From Gemmatimonadales bacterium (GTDB lineage Bacteria > Gemmatimonadota > Gemmatimonadetes > Gemmatimonadales > GWC2-71-9): a stretch of 64,000 nucleotides of DNA. The position numbers and the translations under genes were made by a program. Shown here in pieces: positions 26,687 through 35,966 of this stretch. The notes beneath the pieces were generated by a model. That model saw only the letters and a program-made list of their open reading frames with translations. It had not been told where the DNA came from and made no database searches. Positions within the stretch are counted from its first letter, which is position 1, and every line of letters starts with the position of its first letter. Location of the stretch: assembly GCA_041613315.1 (NCBI GenBank), contig JBFJHJ010000003.1, forward strand, positions 50,026-114,025. The letters run 5' to 3'.

Positions 26687-28711
26687 TTAGGCCTCCGCGT
26701 CGCCGTCGAGCACCGACCGCACCCGCAGCATGAGGTCGCTCAGCGTCCACGGCTTGGCGAGAAACGGAAGACGGGGATCGAGGACCGCCCGCTCCCGCAC
26801 GTCCCGCGCATGGTAACCGCTGCAGAACAGGACCTTCACCGCCGACCCGGCCTCGCGGCGCAGCGCCTCGTCGAGCAAGCGCCCGCCCATGCGCGGCATG
26901 ACGAGGTCCGTCAGGACCAGGTCGATCTCGTCCGCCCGATCGCGGTAGATCTGCAGACCCTCCTCGCCGTCGGCGGCGAGCAGCACAGTGTAGCCGTAGC
27001 GCTCCAAGAGCCGCTGCGTCGCGATGCGGATCGGCTCCTCGTCCTCCACGACGAGGATGGTCTCGGTCCCACGGGGCAGCTCTGGCTCCTCAGCGGCGCC
27101 CGCAGCGCCCGCGGTTGCCTCCTCGTGCACCACCGGGAAGTAGAGCTGCACCGTCGTCCCCTCGCCCGGCGCCGAGTGGACATCGAGGTACCCGGAGTGC
27201 TGCTTCACCAGGCCGTAGATCATGGCCATGCCGAGGCCCGTACCGACGCCGGGGGGCTTGGTGGTGAAGAAGGGCTCGAACAGGCGCTCGAGCGTGTCCT
27301 CGTCCATGCCCGTGCCCGTGTCGCTGGCCGCGAGACACACGTAGTCGCCCGGCTGGATCCAATCGTGGGCCGTCGGACGCTCGATGTCCCATCGGCACCG
27401 AGTGATCCGGAGCGAGAATACCCCACCGTCCTGCATCGCGTCCCGCGCGTTCGTAGCGAGGTTGAGGAGGATCTGTTCCACCGCGTTCTGGTCCGCCCGA
27501 ACCGTTCCCCCGGGGGGCTCGGCAAACACGTGGATGGCTATGTGTTCCGGCAGCAGTCGGCGAAGGGTGCCCGCGAGCTCGGTGCAGAGCTGTCCCAAAT
27601 CGACGGGCTGGAGCGTGAGATCCTGCCGGCGGCTGAAGGCGAGGAGTTTCTTGACGAGCGTGGCACCCCGCTGGACCGCCGCCTTCAGGTCGTCGACCTC
27701 CGACAGGACCTCCGGGGCGTCCTTCGGGACATCCCGGCCGATGAGCTCGGCGTTGCCCTGGATCACCGTCAGGAGGTTGTTGAAATCGTGCGCGATGCCG
27801 CCCGTGAGCTGCCCAACGGCTTCCATCTTCTGGGCCTGCCGCAGCTCGGCCTCTAACTGCCGCCGCTCGGTCACATCACGGTAGTGCCACATGTGCCCCA
27901 CGAATGCGCCGTCAGTCGCGGTAATCGGGACGTAGTCGCGCTCCAAGATCCGTCCGTCCGCGAACACCACCTCCTCCGCGACGATCGTGTGGTGGCCGGC
28001 AACGATCTCCGCGATCCGCGCGGGAAAGCGGTCCGGCTCGGCGAGGAGCCGCTTCGCCGCCTCGGCCGCCTGCGCGCAGTCAGTCCCCACGAGCGCCTCG
28101 GGATGCTCCGCGATCCCGAAGATCCGGCAGAATGCGGAGTTCACCGCGAACATCGTCCGCTCGGACGTCTCCACGAGGACCCCCGCTTGCATGTTCTCCA
28201 CCAAAGCGCGGAACAAGGCCAGCGAGGCCTCGCGCTCCCGCTCGGCCCGCTTGCGCGCCGTGATGTCCCGGTAGATGCCGTACACGGCGACCTGGCCGCC
28301 GTCCACCCGGATGGGCGTGCCAAGAATCGAGACATCGACGAGCGTGCCGTCCTTTCGGCGCCGCACCGTCTCGACCGCGACCTGGGTCCCGCCGGCCACG
28401 CGCGACGTGAGCGTGACCGCTTCGTCGTGATACCCCTCCGGCGCCAAGAGATCGTCGATGGACCGCCCCACCACCTCGTCCACCGCGTACCCGAACAGCT
28501 CGGTGAAGCACCGATTGGCCCGGAGGATGTGACTGTCGCGATCGAGTACCACGACCGCTTCGGGTGCCGCCTCAAACAGCTCGTCGAGGTATGCCCGCTC
28601 GATCCGGAGCGCCTCCGCCGCGATGGCCGATGGCTCCGTCTGCTCCAGCCACCGCCGGAGATCCGCGAGCTCAGCGATCAGCTGTTTCTTGGACTTGGAT
28701 GTGTCCTTCAT
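26687..28711 (-). CDS. hybrid histidine kinase with two PAS domains and receiver
   Basis: two PAS (RRKDG, RDIT/RDVT), GGIAHDFNNLL, NARDAM, FEPFFTTK, REC (VEDE, DLVMP). Confidence 0.93.
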   Translation of the reverse strand: MKDTSKSKKQLIAELADLRRWLEQTEPSAIAAEALRIERAYLDELFEAAPEAVVVLDRDSHILRANRCFTELFGYAVDEVVGRSIDDLLAPEGYHDEAVTLTSRVAGGTQVAVETVRRRKDGTLVDVSILGTPIRVDGGQVAVYGIYRDITARKRAEREREASLALFRALVENMQAGVLVETSERTMFAVNSAFCRIFGIAEHPEALVGTDCAQAAEAAKRLLAEPDRFPARIAEIVAGHHTIVAEEVVFADGRILERDYVPITATDGAFVGHMWHYRDVTERRQLEAELRQAQKMEAVGQLTGGIAHDFNNLLTVIQGNAELIGRDVPKDAPEVLSEVDDLKAAVQRGATLVKKLLAFSRRQDLTLQPVDLGQLCTELAGTLRRLLPEHIAIHVFAEPPGGTVRADQNAVEQILLNLATNARDAMQDGGVFSLRITRCRWDIERPTAHDWIQPGDYVCLAASDTGTGMDEDTLERLFEPFFTTKPPGVGTGLGMAMIYGLVKQHSGYLDVHSAPGEGTTVQLYFPVVHEEATAGAAGAAEEPELPRGTETILVVEDEEPIRIATQRLLERYGYTVLLAADGEEGLQIYRDRADEIDLVLTDLVMPRMGGRLLDEALRREAGSAVKVLFCSGYHARDVRERAVLDPRLPFLAKPWTLSDLMLRVRSVLDGDAEA

Positions 28712-28763
28712 CCACCGGCTGCCGAAGGCACGCCTGCGTCTGCGCCCGCGAGCGCCGGCCGTG

Positions 28764-29033
28764 TCATGACCGACACCGGACCGGGCTGGGCAAGACGTTC
28801 TGGCACGCGATGCTCTCGTCCATGCCCGTCGCCATCACGGCGCACGCGGCCCGCTGCGCGGCGCGCCGCGCCTCTCCTTCGTTGGCCCCGGAGCCGGTGC
28901 GGCATACCTCCTGGCCGCGAAACGCGACGCAGAGCTCGCACTCCGCGCGCACCGTTTGCAGGCTGCCGTACACGAGGTAGCCCACGAACACCGCGATCGC
29001 CAGCAGGAGCAACAGTACCCGTCCCTTGCGCAT
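28764..29033 (-). CDS. small membrane-anchored protein with six cysteines
   Basis: N-terminal hydrophobic helix then CELC and four further Cys. Confidence 0.65.
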   Translation of the reverse strand: MRKGRVLLLLLAIAVFVGYLVYGSLQTVRAECELCVAFRGQEVCRTGSGANEGEARRAAQRAACAVMATGMDESIACQNVLPSPVRCRS

Positions 29034-29180
29034 GTCCACTCCGGTGCGGGTTCAGTGAAAGTCCTAGAATGTACTAGAATACGGGCCAACGCCCCGGGCA
29101 GAAGGGGTCGCGCGGACGAAGGGCCGCGGCGGGGAGTCGGGGGCTCCCGGCGGCCCAACGGCCCGACGGAGGAGCTCGAG

Positions 29181-30383
29181 ATGCGACCGACCGCGTCCAC
29201 CGCGATTGCGGGCTTGCTGGCACTCACTGGCCTCGGCCTCGTCTGGCCGGCGCCGCCGCCCCAGGCAACCGGCGGCGACCGCCCCGGGCAACACGCGGCG
29301 CCCTACTATCCCGGCGCTGGCGACGCCTGGGAGCGCCGGCGGCCCGACGACGTTGGCATGGACGCCGCGGCCCTCGCCAGGGCTGTGCGTTTCGCCCAGG
29401 ATCACGAAACGGACCAGCCTCGGGACCTTCGAGCGTACTTGCAGCGGCGGTTCCGCGACGATCCGGACGGCGCCCTGATCGGCCCTATGAAAGCGCGGGG
29501 CGACCCGAACGGCCTGGTGCTCCGGCACGGGTACATCGTGGCCGAGTGGGGCGACACGCGGCGCGTCGACATGACGTTCAGCGTGACCAAGAGCTACCTC
29601 GCGACCACGGCGGGGCTCGCCCTCGATCGCGGCCGCATCCGGAGCGTCCACGCCCCGGTCCGGGAGTCCGTCCGAGACGGCGCGTTCGATTCTTCCCACA
29701 ACGCGAGCATCACGTGGCACCACTTGCTGCGCCAGACCAGCGAGTGGGAGGGAGAGCTGTGGGGCAAGCCGGACGTTGCCGATCGAAGGCGAGGGCGGAC
29801 GCGCGCCCTGCAGGAGCCGGGGACTTTCTGGGAGTACAACGACGTCCGCGTGAATCAGACGGCGCTGGCGCTGTTGCGCGTGTGGGGGCGGCCGCTCCCG
29901 GACGTCCTCCGCACCGAGATCATGGACCCCATCGGCGCCTCCGATACGTGGCGCTGGCATGGCTACCGCAATTCGTACGTCACGGTCAACGGGCGCCGCG
30001 TGCAGTCGGTGAGCGGCGGTGGGCACTGGGGCGGCGGTATGTGGATCAGCTCTCGTGACCACGCGCGCTTCGGGCTCCTCTACCTCCGCCGGGGGCGGTG
30101 GCGCGACCGGCAGCTCCTGTCCGACCGGTGGATCACCATGGCCGCGACGCCGGGCGACGTGAACCCGGCGTACGGCTATATGTGGTGGCTCAACCCGCAG
30201 CGACAGGCCTGGCCCAGCGTACCCGCCGAAAGCTACGCGGCGCTGGGCTCGGGCTCGTCGAATGTGATCTGGGTGGATCCCGTGCACGACGTCGTGGTGG
30301 TTGTGCGCTGGTTTGACGGCACGAAGTTGGACGAGCTCCTCGGCATGGTAGTCCACGCCGTGAGGGACGCCGGGGCGCCGTGA
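29181..30383 (+). CDS. serine hydrolase, beta-lactamase/AmpC-like family
   Basis: signal peptide, FSVTKS (SxxK), WEYND, ARFGLLYL..G.W, YGYMWW; GGAGG RBS. Confidence 0.88.
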   Translation: MRPTASTAIAGLLALTGLGLVWPAPPPQATGGDRPGQHAAPYYPGAGDAWERRRPDDVGMDAAALARAVRFAQDHETDQPRDLRAYLQRRFRDDPDGALIGPMKARGDPNGLVLRHGYIVAEWGDTRRVDMTFSVTKSYLATTAGLALDRGRIRSVHAPVRESVRDGAFDSSHNASITWHHLLRQTSEWEGELWGKPDVADRRRGRTRALQEPGTFWEYNDVRVNQTALALLRVWGRPLPDVLRTEIMDPIGASDTWRWHGYRNSYVTVNGRRVQSVSGGGHWGGGMWISSRDHARFGLLYLRRGRWRDRQLLSDRWITMAATPGDVNPAYGYMWWLNPQRQAWPSVPAESYAALGSGSSNVIWVDPVHDVVVVVRWFDGTKLDELLGMVVHAVRDAGAP

Positions 30384-30467
30384 GGATCCCGGCGGGGCCG
30401 AAGGTCGCCCCGCTTGCCTGGCGTCTCGGGGAAACTCCAGACGCGCCGCTCCGTACGTTCCTTCGAG

Positions 30468-31190
30468 ATGCCCCCGTCGCGCTCCGCCGAGCTCGAGGCA
30501 CTGTTCGCGCGCCTCGAACGCATCGACGTCGCCGCCGCTCCCCGGCCGGCGCTCGCTCGCACCCGCAGCGGATGGGTCATCCCGCGGTTGGCGGCAACCG
30601 CAGTCGCGGTACTTGCGCTCCCCTTCGTCGTGCTCGTGCGCACGGCGACGCTGCTGTACGTCAGCGCGGGCTTCCCCACGTGGCTCGCCCTGGGCGCCGC
30701 CGGGGTGGCGACGCTGAGCGTGCTCACAGTCTACGCAGCGGCGATTTCGAAACGCCTCACCGGGCGTCGGCGCGTGGCCATGGTCGCGCGCTGGGTGGCC
30801 TTCCCGCTCGTCGTCGCCTACTGCGGTTACGGGCTGCTCTACGTCGCCGACGTCAACACGAAGACGCCCGAGATCCAGGCGTACTACCGGGCCCTGCACC
30901 CCGTGCTGCGAGTGGCGGTGAGCACCTTCATCCTCGCCGACGATGGTCTCGTCATCACCGACGTCGCTCGGACCCCCGGCGACTACGCGACGATGGGCCT
31001 TCCGCTCCATGCGGCGTCGCGGCATTTCCGGCAGGACGACGGCTGGGTCCATGCCCTCGATCTCCGCACGATCGGTCGCGCCGAATGGAAGAACCGGCTG
31101 ACCGCAGTGTACTTCCGCGCGATGGGCTTTCGCACGCTGCGGCACGAAGGAACCGCAGATCACCTCCACGTGTCGCTCGCGGTTCGTTAG
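30468..31190 (+). CDS. membrane protein with putative M15/LAS metallopeptidase-like domain
   Basis: about three TM helices then SRH...ALD...HLHVS; start uncertain. Confidence 0.6.
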   Translation: MPPSRSAELEALFARLERIDVAAAPRPALARTRSGWVIPRLAATAVAVLALPFVVLVRTATLLYVSAGFPTWLALGAAGVATLSVLTVYAAAISKRLTGRRRVAMVARWVAFPLVVAYCGYGLLYVADVNTKTPEIQAYYRALHPVLRVAVSTFILADDGLVITDVARTPGDYATMGLPLHAASRHFRQDDGWVHALDLRTIGRAEWKNRLTAVYFRAMGFRTLRHEGTADHLHVSLAVR

Positions 31191-32281
31191 AGCCACCCGG
31201 CTCCCCCCTGCGGCAGCGGGCGCACGCCGTCGGACGTCACGACCCCCAGCACCTCACCACCGTCCTGCTTGTACCCGAGCAGGACGTGCCGCCGCAGGTT
31301 GCGGCCCGGACGCCCCTGATTGGCGATCCCAACCGTGGGCATGCGGATCCACCAGTCCCGCACGATCCATGCGCCGGAAGGTAGTCGGGCGAACCCGACC
31401 CGTCCGCCCACGTGCTCCGAGGGGATGTCGAAGGGCAGGGAGGTATAGCCGAACTCCAACTCTCGGAGTTCGGCCGTCGTGCGATCGAGCCACAGCGCGC
31501 CGCTGACGTCCGGCACGTTCCGCCCGCGAACCGGGTCGAACGCCAGGCCGATCCGTCCGTCGCGGTCCCCGGCGCCTTCGATCGCGCGGAAGCAATGGGT
31601 GGCGAGGAACGGTTCGGAGAAGATCACCTCGGCGTCCGGCGCGTGATACCACCAGGCCCCGTCCTGGCGGTAGACGTAGCCGCGGCTGGCCAGCTGCTGG
31701 GCGTCGATGCTGCGGAAGGGCGCGAGGCTGTAGGCGTCCGTGACGACGCTGTCTTCGCGCAGGCGCCGCCGCCGCCGGTCGAGGTCGCGCTCGTAGCGCT
31801 TGATCCGGAACTTGAGGCTGCGCCGCTGCTCGTTCCACCGGACCGCCATGAGGCCCTTGCGCGCTTCTTCCCACAGCGCCGCCATCGCGGCGCCCTCGTC
31901 CGGCTGCCCGCCGCAGACGCGGTCGCCCGTCACGACCACGGCGGCGAGCACCACCGGTGGCGCTGGGTTGTCCAAGGCGTACTCCAGGGTCTCGCCGAGT
32001 TGGATTTGGATGAGCGGCGACGTCCACGACCGCAGCCCGATCACCTCCGTGCGGAGCCGGTACCACCCGGCGCGTGGGGCGACCAGCACGTAGGCGCCAA
32101 CGTCGTCGGTCAATGTGCGGCCGCGCTCAATGCCGGCCGTATCCAACAGGACGACAAAGCCGCCGGCGAGGGGCCGGCCCGAGAGGGCCTCCACCAGCGT
32201 GCCGTGAATCGTCTGCGCGGTGGCTGGCGGGGCCGCGACCGCAGCCGCCACCAACGCCGCGGCCATCCACCGCCCGTGCAT
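31187..32281 (-). CDS. secreted carboxypeptidase-regulatory-like domain protein
   Basis: signal peptide, TIHGTLVE..SGRPL, TDDVG.Y, G.Y.L; promoter TTGACC-17-TAGCGT at 32335-32307. Confidence 0.8.
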   Translation of the reverse strand: MHGRWMAAALVAAAVAAPPATAQTIHGTLVEALSGRPLAGGFVVLLDTAGIERGRTLTDDVGAYVLVAPRAGWYRLRTEVIGLRSWTSPLIQIQLGETLEYALDNPAPPVVLAAVVVTGDRVCGGQPDEGAAMAALWEEARKGLMAVRWNEQRRSLKFRIKRYERDLDRRRRRLREDSVVTDAYSLAPFRSIDAQQLASRGYVYRQDGAWWYHAPDAEVIFSEPFLATHCFRAIEGAGDRDGRIGLAFDPVRGRNVPDVSGALWLDRTTAELRELEFGYTSLPFDIPSEHVGGRVGFARLPSGAWIVRDWWIRMPTVGIANQGRPGRNLRRHVLLGYKQDGGEVLGVVTSDGVRPLPQGGAGWL

Positions 32282-32474
32282 GGTACCTCCGCTCCCCCTG
32301 AAGTCCACGCTATGCCGGCGCCGCCGGGGGGTCAACCGCCTTGTGGATGCTCCCTCGGCGGCCGGTTGTGCCGTGTCGCGTGCTCTAATAACTTTCTCGG
32401 GCCAACCCAGCGCCATTGCAGTAATCGCATGGCCGACCAGTCGACGCTTTCGTCTGCGAGCCAGCATGCCGACG

Positions 32475-33017
32475 ATGCACCCGGCGACGCACGGTCGTGC
32501 TCCCTCGGACCCGACCACGCACGTGGCGCATGCCTCCCCGGCCGGCGCCGCCCGACCGCTCGATGCGGATAGCTCGTATACCATCCAGGTCTGGGATGCC
32601 GAGTGTTACGCGGTGTTCGGTGAGGGGCGGGATCCGGTACCCTGCCCAGCGTGTGGCCGCACCGGCTTCTACGGCCCGCGCATCGCCGAACCCGCCGAAC
32701 GCTACCGGGCATGCCGGTTCTGCGGGTTCACGCAACACGTGGGCGGTCGCCCCGAGCGCTACCAGCCAACCGTCCACGGCTGCGACGGATGGCCGGAGTG
32801 TGCGCGCGCACCCTACATCTGGTGGGTCCCCCCGAACCGGACGGCGTACACCTGCAGCCACTGCGCCAAGCGCGTCGCCGTTGCCGACCACGTGGTGGCG
32901 GCGCCTGCCGCCGACTCCCGGCACCCATGGTGGAAAGTGCCGCAGCACCGCACGCGCGCGTACTACCGCCGCTTCTGGGAGAACTGGCCCGTCAGCAAGG
33001 GCCGCATCTACCTGTAG
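32475..33017 (+). CDS. Cys-rich putative zinc-binding protein (start uncertain)
   Basis: CPACG, CRFCG, HGC....EC, CSHC. Confidence 0.65.
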   Translation: MHPATHGRAPSDPTTHVAHASPAGAARPLDADSSYTIQVWDAECYAVFGEGRDPVPCPACGRTGFYGPRIAEPAERYRACRFCGFTQHVGGRPERYQPTVHGCDGWPECARAPYIWWVPPNRTAYTCSHCAKRVAVADHVVAAPAADSRHPWWKVPQHRTRAYYRRFWENWPVSKGRIYL

Positions 33018-33043
33018 CGCACCCGCCGCGCGCGCGGTCCAAC

Positions 33044-33072
33044 TTGCCGTGCCTCAGGCCCGCCGCTAACCT
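33044..33072 (+). promoter_or_regulatory. sigma70-type promoter upstream of icd
   Basis: TTGCCG-17 bp-TAACCT. Confidence 0.5.
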
Positions 33073-33252
33073 TAGGGCCGCCGACGCCTTCGCGGCGCCG
33101 GCGTTGCGTTCGCCTGACCTCAACCGACAGCTTGAGCGGCCCCCGAGCGGCGCCGCCGCGGGGTGGGCCACGAGACGTCCGTCGTCCCGAAGCCGCCGCC
33201 CCGGGGCGGGCAGCGTACCGCCACGGAGCGAGTGGGCGCCGACGGAGAACAC

Positions 33253-34479
33253 ATGGCTGGCACTCGAATCGATTGGCGGGACGGCCGCTACCACGTGCCG
33301 AACCACCCGCGCATCCCCTTCATCGAGGGCGACGGCATCGGGCCGGACATCTGGCACGCGGCCCGACGGGTCTTCGACGCGGCGGTCCGGCAGGTATCTG
33401 GCGGCTCGCGCGCCGTTGAGTGGGTGGAGATTCTAGCCGGCGAGAAGGCCCACCGTGAGACCGGCGAGTGGCTGCCGGAACCCACGCTCCGGGCCATTAC
33501 CGACCACCGGATCGCCATCAAGGGCCCGCTCACGACTCCCGTGGGCGGGGGCATCCGCTCTCTGAACGTCGCGCTCCGCCAACTGCTCGACCTCTACGCA
33601 TGTGTGCGGCCCGTCCGTTACTACCGGGGCGTCCCGTCGCCGATGAAGCAGCCGGAGAAGCTCGACGTCGTGATCTTCCGGGAAAACATCGAAGACGTCT
33701 ACGCCGGCGTGGAATACCAGGCGGGGAGCCGCGAGGCGAACCGGCTCCGCAGCTTCCTCACCAGCGAGCTCGGCGCCACGATTCGCGAGGGCTCCGCCCT
33801 GGGCATCAAGCCGATGAGCGCCTTCAACAGCAAGCGCCTGGTCGCGAAGGCCATCGGCTACGCCCTCGCACGGGGCCGTACCTCGGTGACGCTCGTGCAC
33901 AAGGGCAACATCATGAAGTTCACCGAGGGCGCGTTCCGCGACTGGGGGTACGAGGTCGCGAAAGAGGAGTTCGGCGACCGGACGATCCCGGAGGCCGAGT
34001 TAGGGTCACGCGCCGCCGCGGGCGGCAAGCGCCTGATCGTCAAGGACCGCATTGCGGACGCCATGTTCCAACAGGTGCTGCTGCGGCCGGATGAGTATGC
34101 GGTGATCGCGACCCCCAACCTCAACGGCGATTACCTGTCCGACGCATGCGCGGCGCAGGTGGGGGGACTCGGGATGGCGCCGGGGGCCAACATGGGCGAC
34201 GGGTATGCGGTGTTCGAGGCGACGCACGGGACGGCTCCCAAGTACGCCGGCCAGGACAAGGTCAACCCGGGGAGTCTCGTGCTCTCGGGGGCGCTGCTGT
34301 TCGAGGAACTGGGGTGGGACGACGTGGCCGCTGCCATCCGACGGGGCGTGGAAGCGGCCATCATGGCGGGCACGGTCACCTACGACCTGGCACGCCAGCT
34401 CGAGGGCGCCACGCAGGTGCCGACGTCGGGGTTCGCTGAAGCGATCATCCACCACCTCCCCGGATCAAAGGCCGCGTGA
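33253..34479 (+). CDS. icd: NADP-dependent isocitrate dehydrogenase
   Basis: [50 protein letters not shown]. Confidence 0.96.
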   Translation: MAGTRIDWRDGRYHVPNHPRIPFIEGDGIGPDIWHAARRVFDAAVRQVSGGSRAVEWVEILAGEKAHRETGEWLPEPTLRAITDHRIAIKGPLTTPVGGGIRSLNVALRQLLDLYACVRPVRYYRGVPSPMKQPEKLDVVIFRENIEDVYAGVEYQAGSREANRLRSFLTSELGATIREGSALGIKPMSAFNSKRLVAKAIGYALARGRTSVTLVHKGNIMKFTEGAFRDWGYEVAKEEFGDRTIPEAELGSRAAAGGKRLIVKDRIADAMFQQVLLRPDEYAVIATPNLNGDYLSDACAAQVGGLGMAPGANMGDGYAVFEATHGTAPKYAGQDKVNPGSLVLSGALLFEELGWDDVAAAIRRGVEAAIMAGTVTYDLARQLEGATQVPTSGFAEAIIHHLPGSKAA

Positions 34480-35966
34480 ACTCGTCCGTCAAAGTCGTCC
34501 CGCTCGATCGTGTGGCGGTGCCGCTGCTCGCCGTGGCGCTGGGTGAGGTGTCCAATCACAAGGTCCCGGGCTCCTTGCTCGCGCTGGACGCCGCCGCCGA
34601 CGGTGAGCTCGGCCGGATGCTCGCGAGCGGTGACTTCACCGGCGCGAGGGACCAGGTCGCCGTGGCCTACCCGCGTCGGGGACCCAAGCGGTTGGTGCTG
34701 GTGGGATTGGGCAAGCCCGAGGAGATCACCCGCGGCGCCGTGCGTCGGGCGGCTGCCGTGGCGGCCCGTCGGGCGCTGGCCGTGGACGTGGACGCGATGG
34801 CGTTCCACCTCGCCCACGAGACACACGGCGGCGTCCCGCCGACCACCGTGGGGCAGGTCGTGGTCGAGGGGGCTGCTCAAGGCGGGTGGTCGTTCAGCGA
34901 CCTCAAGGCCACGAACCGCAAGAAGCGACTCGGCAGTCTGGATATCATCGCCACGCGCGAGGATCGCAGCGAGATCGAGCGCGGGCGCAAGATCGGTGGC
35001 GCGATCGCCGACGGCCATGCCCTGGCCCGGAACCTCCAGGCGCTTCCCGGCAACGTGTGCACGCCGTCCTACCTCGCTGAGATCGCCCGCCGGCTCGGCA
35101 CGGCCTACAAGCTCAAGGTCACCGCGCTGGGCCGAGCGCAGTTGGAGAAAGCGGAGATGAACGGCCTCCTCGCCGTCGCGCAGGGCTCGCTCCAGGAGCC
35201 CCGCTTCATCACCCTCGAATACCGGGGGGGCGGCCGCGCGGCACCCGTGTGCTTCGTGGGGAAGGGGGTGACGTTCGATTCGGGCGGGATCTCCATCAAG
35301 CCGGCCGAGAAGATGGAAGACATGAAGTACGACATGTCCGGAGCCGCCGCGGTCCTCGGCCTGTTCGAAGCATTGGGACACCTCACCCCGAAGCTGAACG
35401 TCGTCGGCGTCATCCCCGCCACGGAGAACCTCCCGTCGGGTACGGCGATCAAGCCCGGCGACGTGATCCGCGCGCACCTCGGCAAGAGCATCGAGATCGT
35501 GAACACCGACGCCGAGGGCCGCCTGATCCTGAGCGATGCGCTCTCCTACGTGCGGCGGTTCAAACCGGCCTGCGTGATTGACGCGGCGACGCTCACCGGT
35601 GCCGTCGTCGTCGGCCTGGGCCACCACGCCACCGGTCTCATGGGGAACGACGATCCGCTGCTGGACGAGGTGCGGCGGGCCGGGGAGCGCGCCGGAGAAC
35701 GCTGCTGGCCGCTCCCGCTGTGGGACGAGTATCGCGAGCAACTCAGATCGGACATCGCGGACGTCAAGAACACCGGCGGCCGTCCCGCGGGTACGATCAC
35801 GGCGGCGTGGTTCCTCCGGGAGTTCGTCGACGGCTACCCATGGGCGCACCTCGATATCGCGGGCACGGCGTACACCGACAGCGATCGACCCGACCTGGCC
35901 AAGGGGCCGACCGGGGTGGGCGTCCGACTCTTCACCGAGTTCGTGCTGGGACGCGCCGGCGGGTGA
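34476..35966 (+). CDS. pepA: leucyl aminopeptidase (M17)
   Basis: [31 protein letters not shown]. Confidence 0.95.
   Translation: MNSSVKVVPLDRVAVPLLAVALGEVSNHKVPGSLLALDAAADGELGRMLASGDFTGARDQVAVAYPRRGPKRLVLVGLGKPEEITRGAVRRAAAVAARRALAVDVDAMAFHLAHETHGGVPPTTVGQVVVEGAAQGGWSFSDLKATNRKKRLGSLDIIATREDRSEIERGRKIGGAIADGHALARNLQALPGNVCTPSYLAEIARRLGTAYKLKVTALGRAQLEKAEMNGLLAVAQGSLQEPRFITLEYRGGGRAAPVCFVGKGVTFDSGGISIKPAEKMEDMKYDMSGAAAVLGLFEALGHLTPKLNVVGVIPATENLPSGTAIKPGDVIRAHLGKSIEIVNTDAEGRLILSDALSYVRRFKPACVIDAATLTGAVVVGLGHHATGLMGNDDPLLDEVRRAGERAGERCWPLPLWDEYREQLRSDIADVKNTGGRPAGTITAAWFLREFVDGYPWAHLDIAGTAYTDSDRPDLAKGPTGVGVRLFTEFVLGRAGG

Noticed and set aside
29064..29080. CTAGAAT direct repeat between divergent genes
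   Set aside because: Only two 7-mers, which resemble -10 boxes; too short to call an operator
17199..33017. Possible genomic island inserted at tRNA-Leu
   Set aside because: No integrase or transposase, no repeat of the tRNA 3' end seen, and no obvious compositional shift
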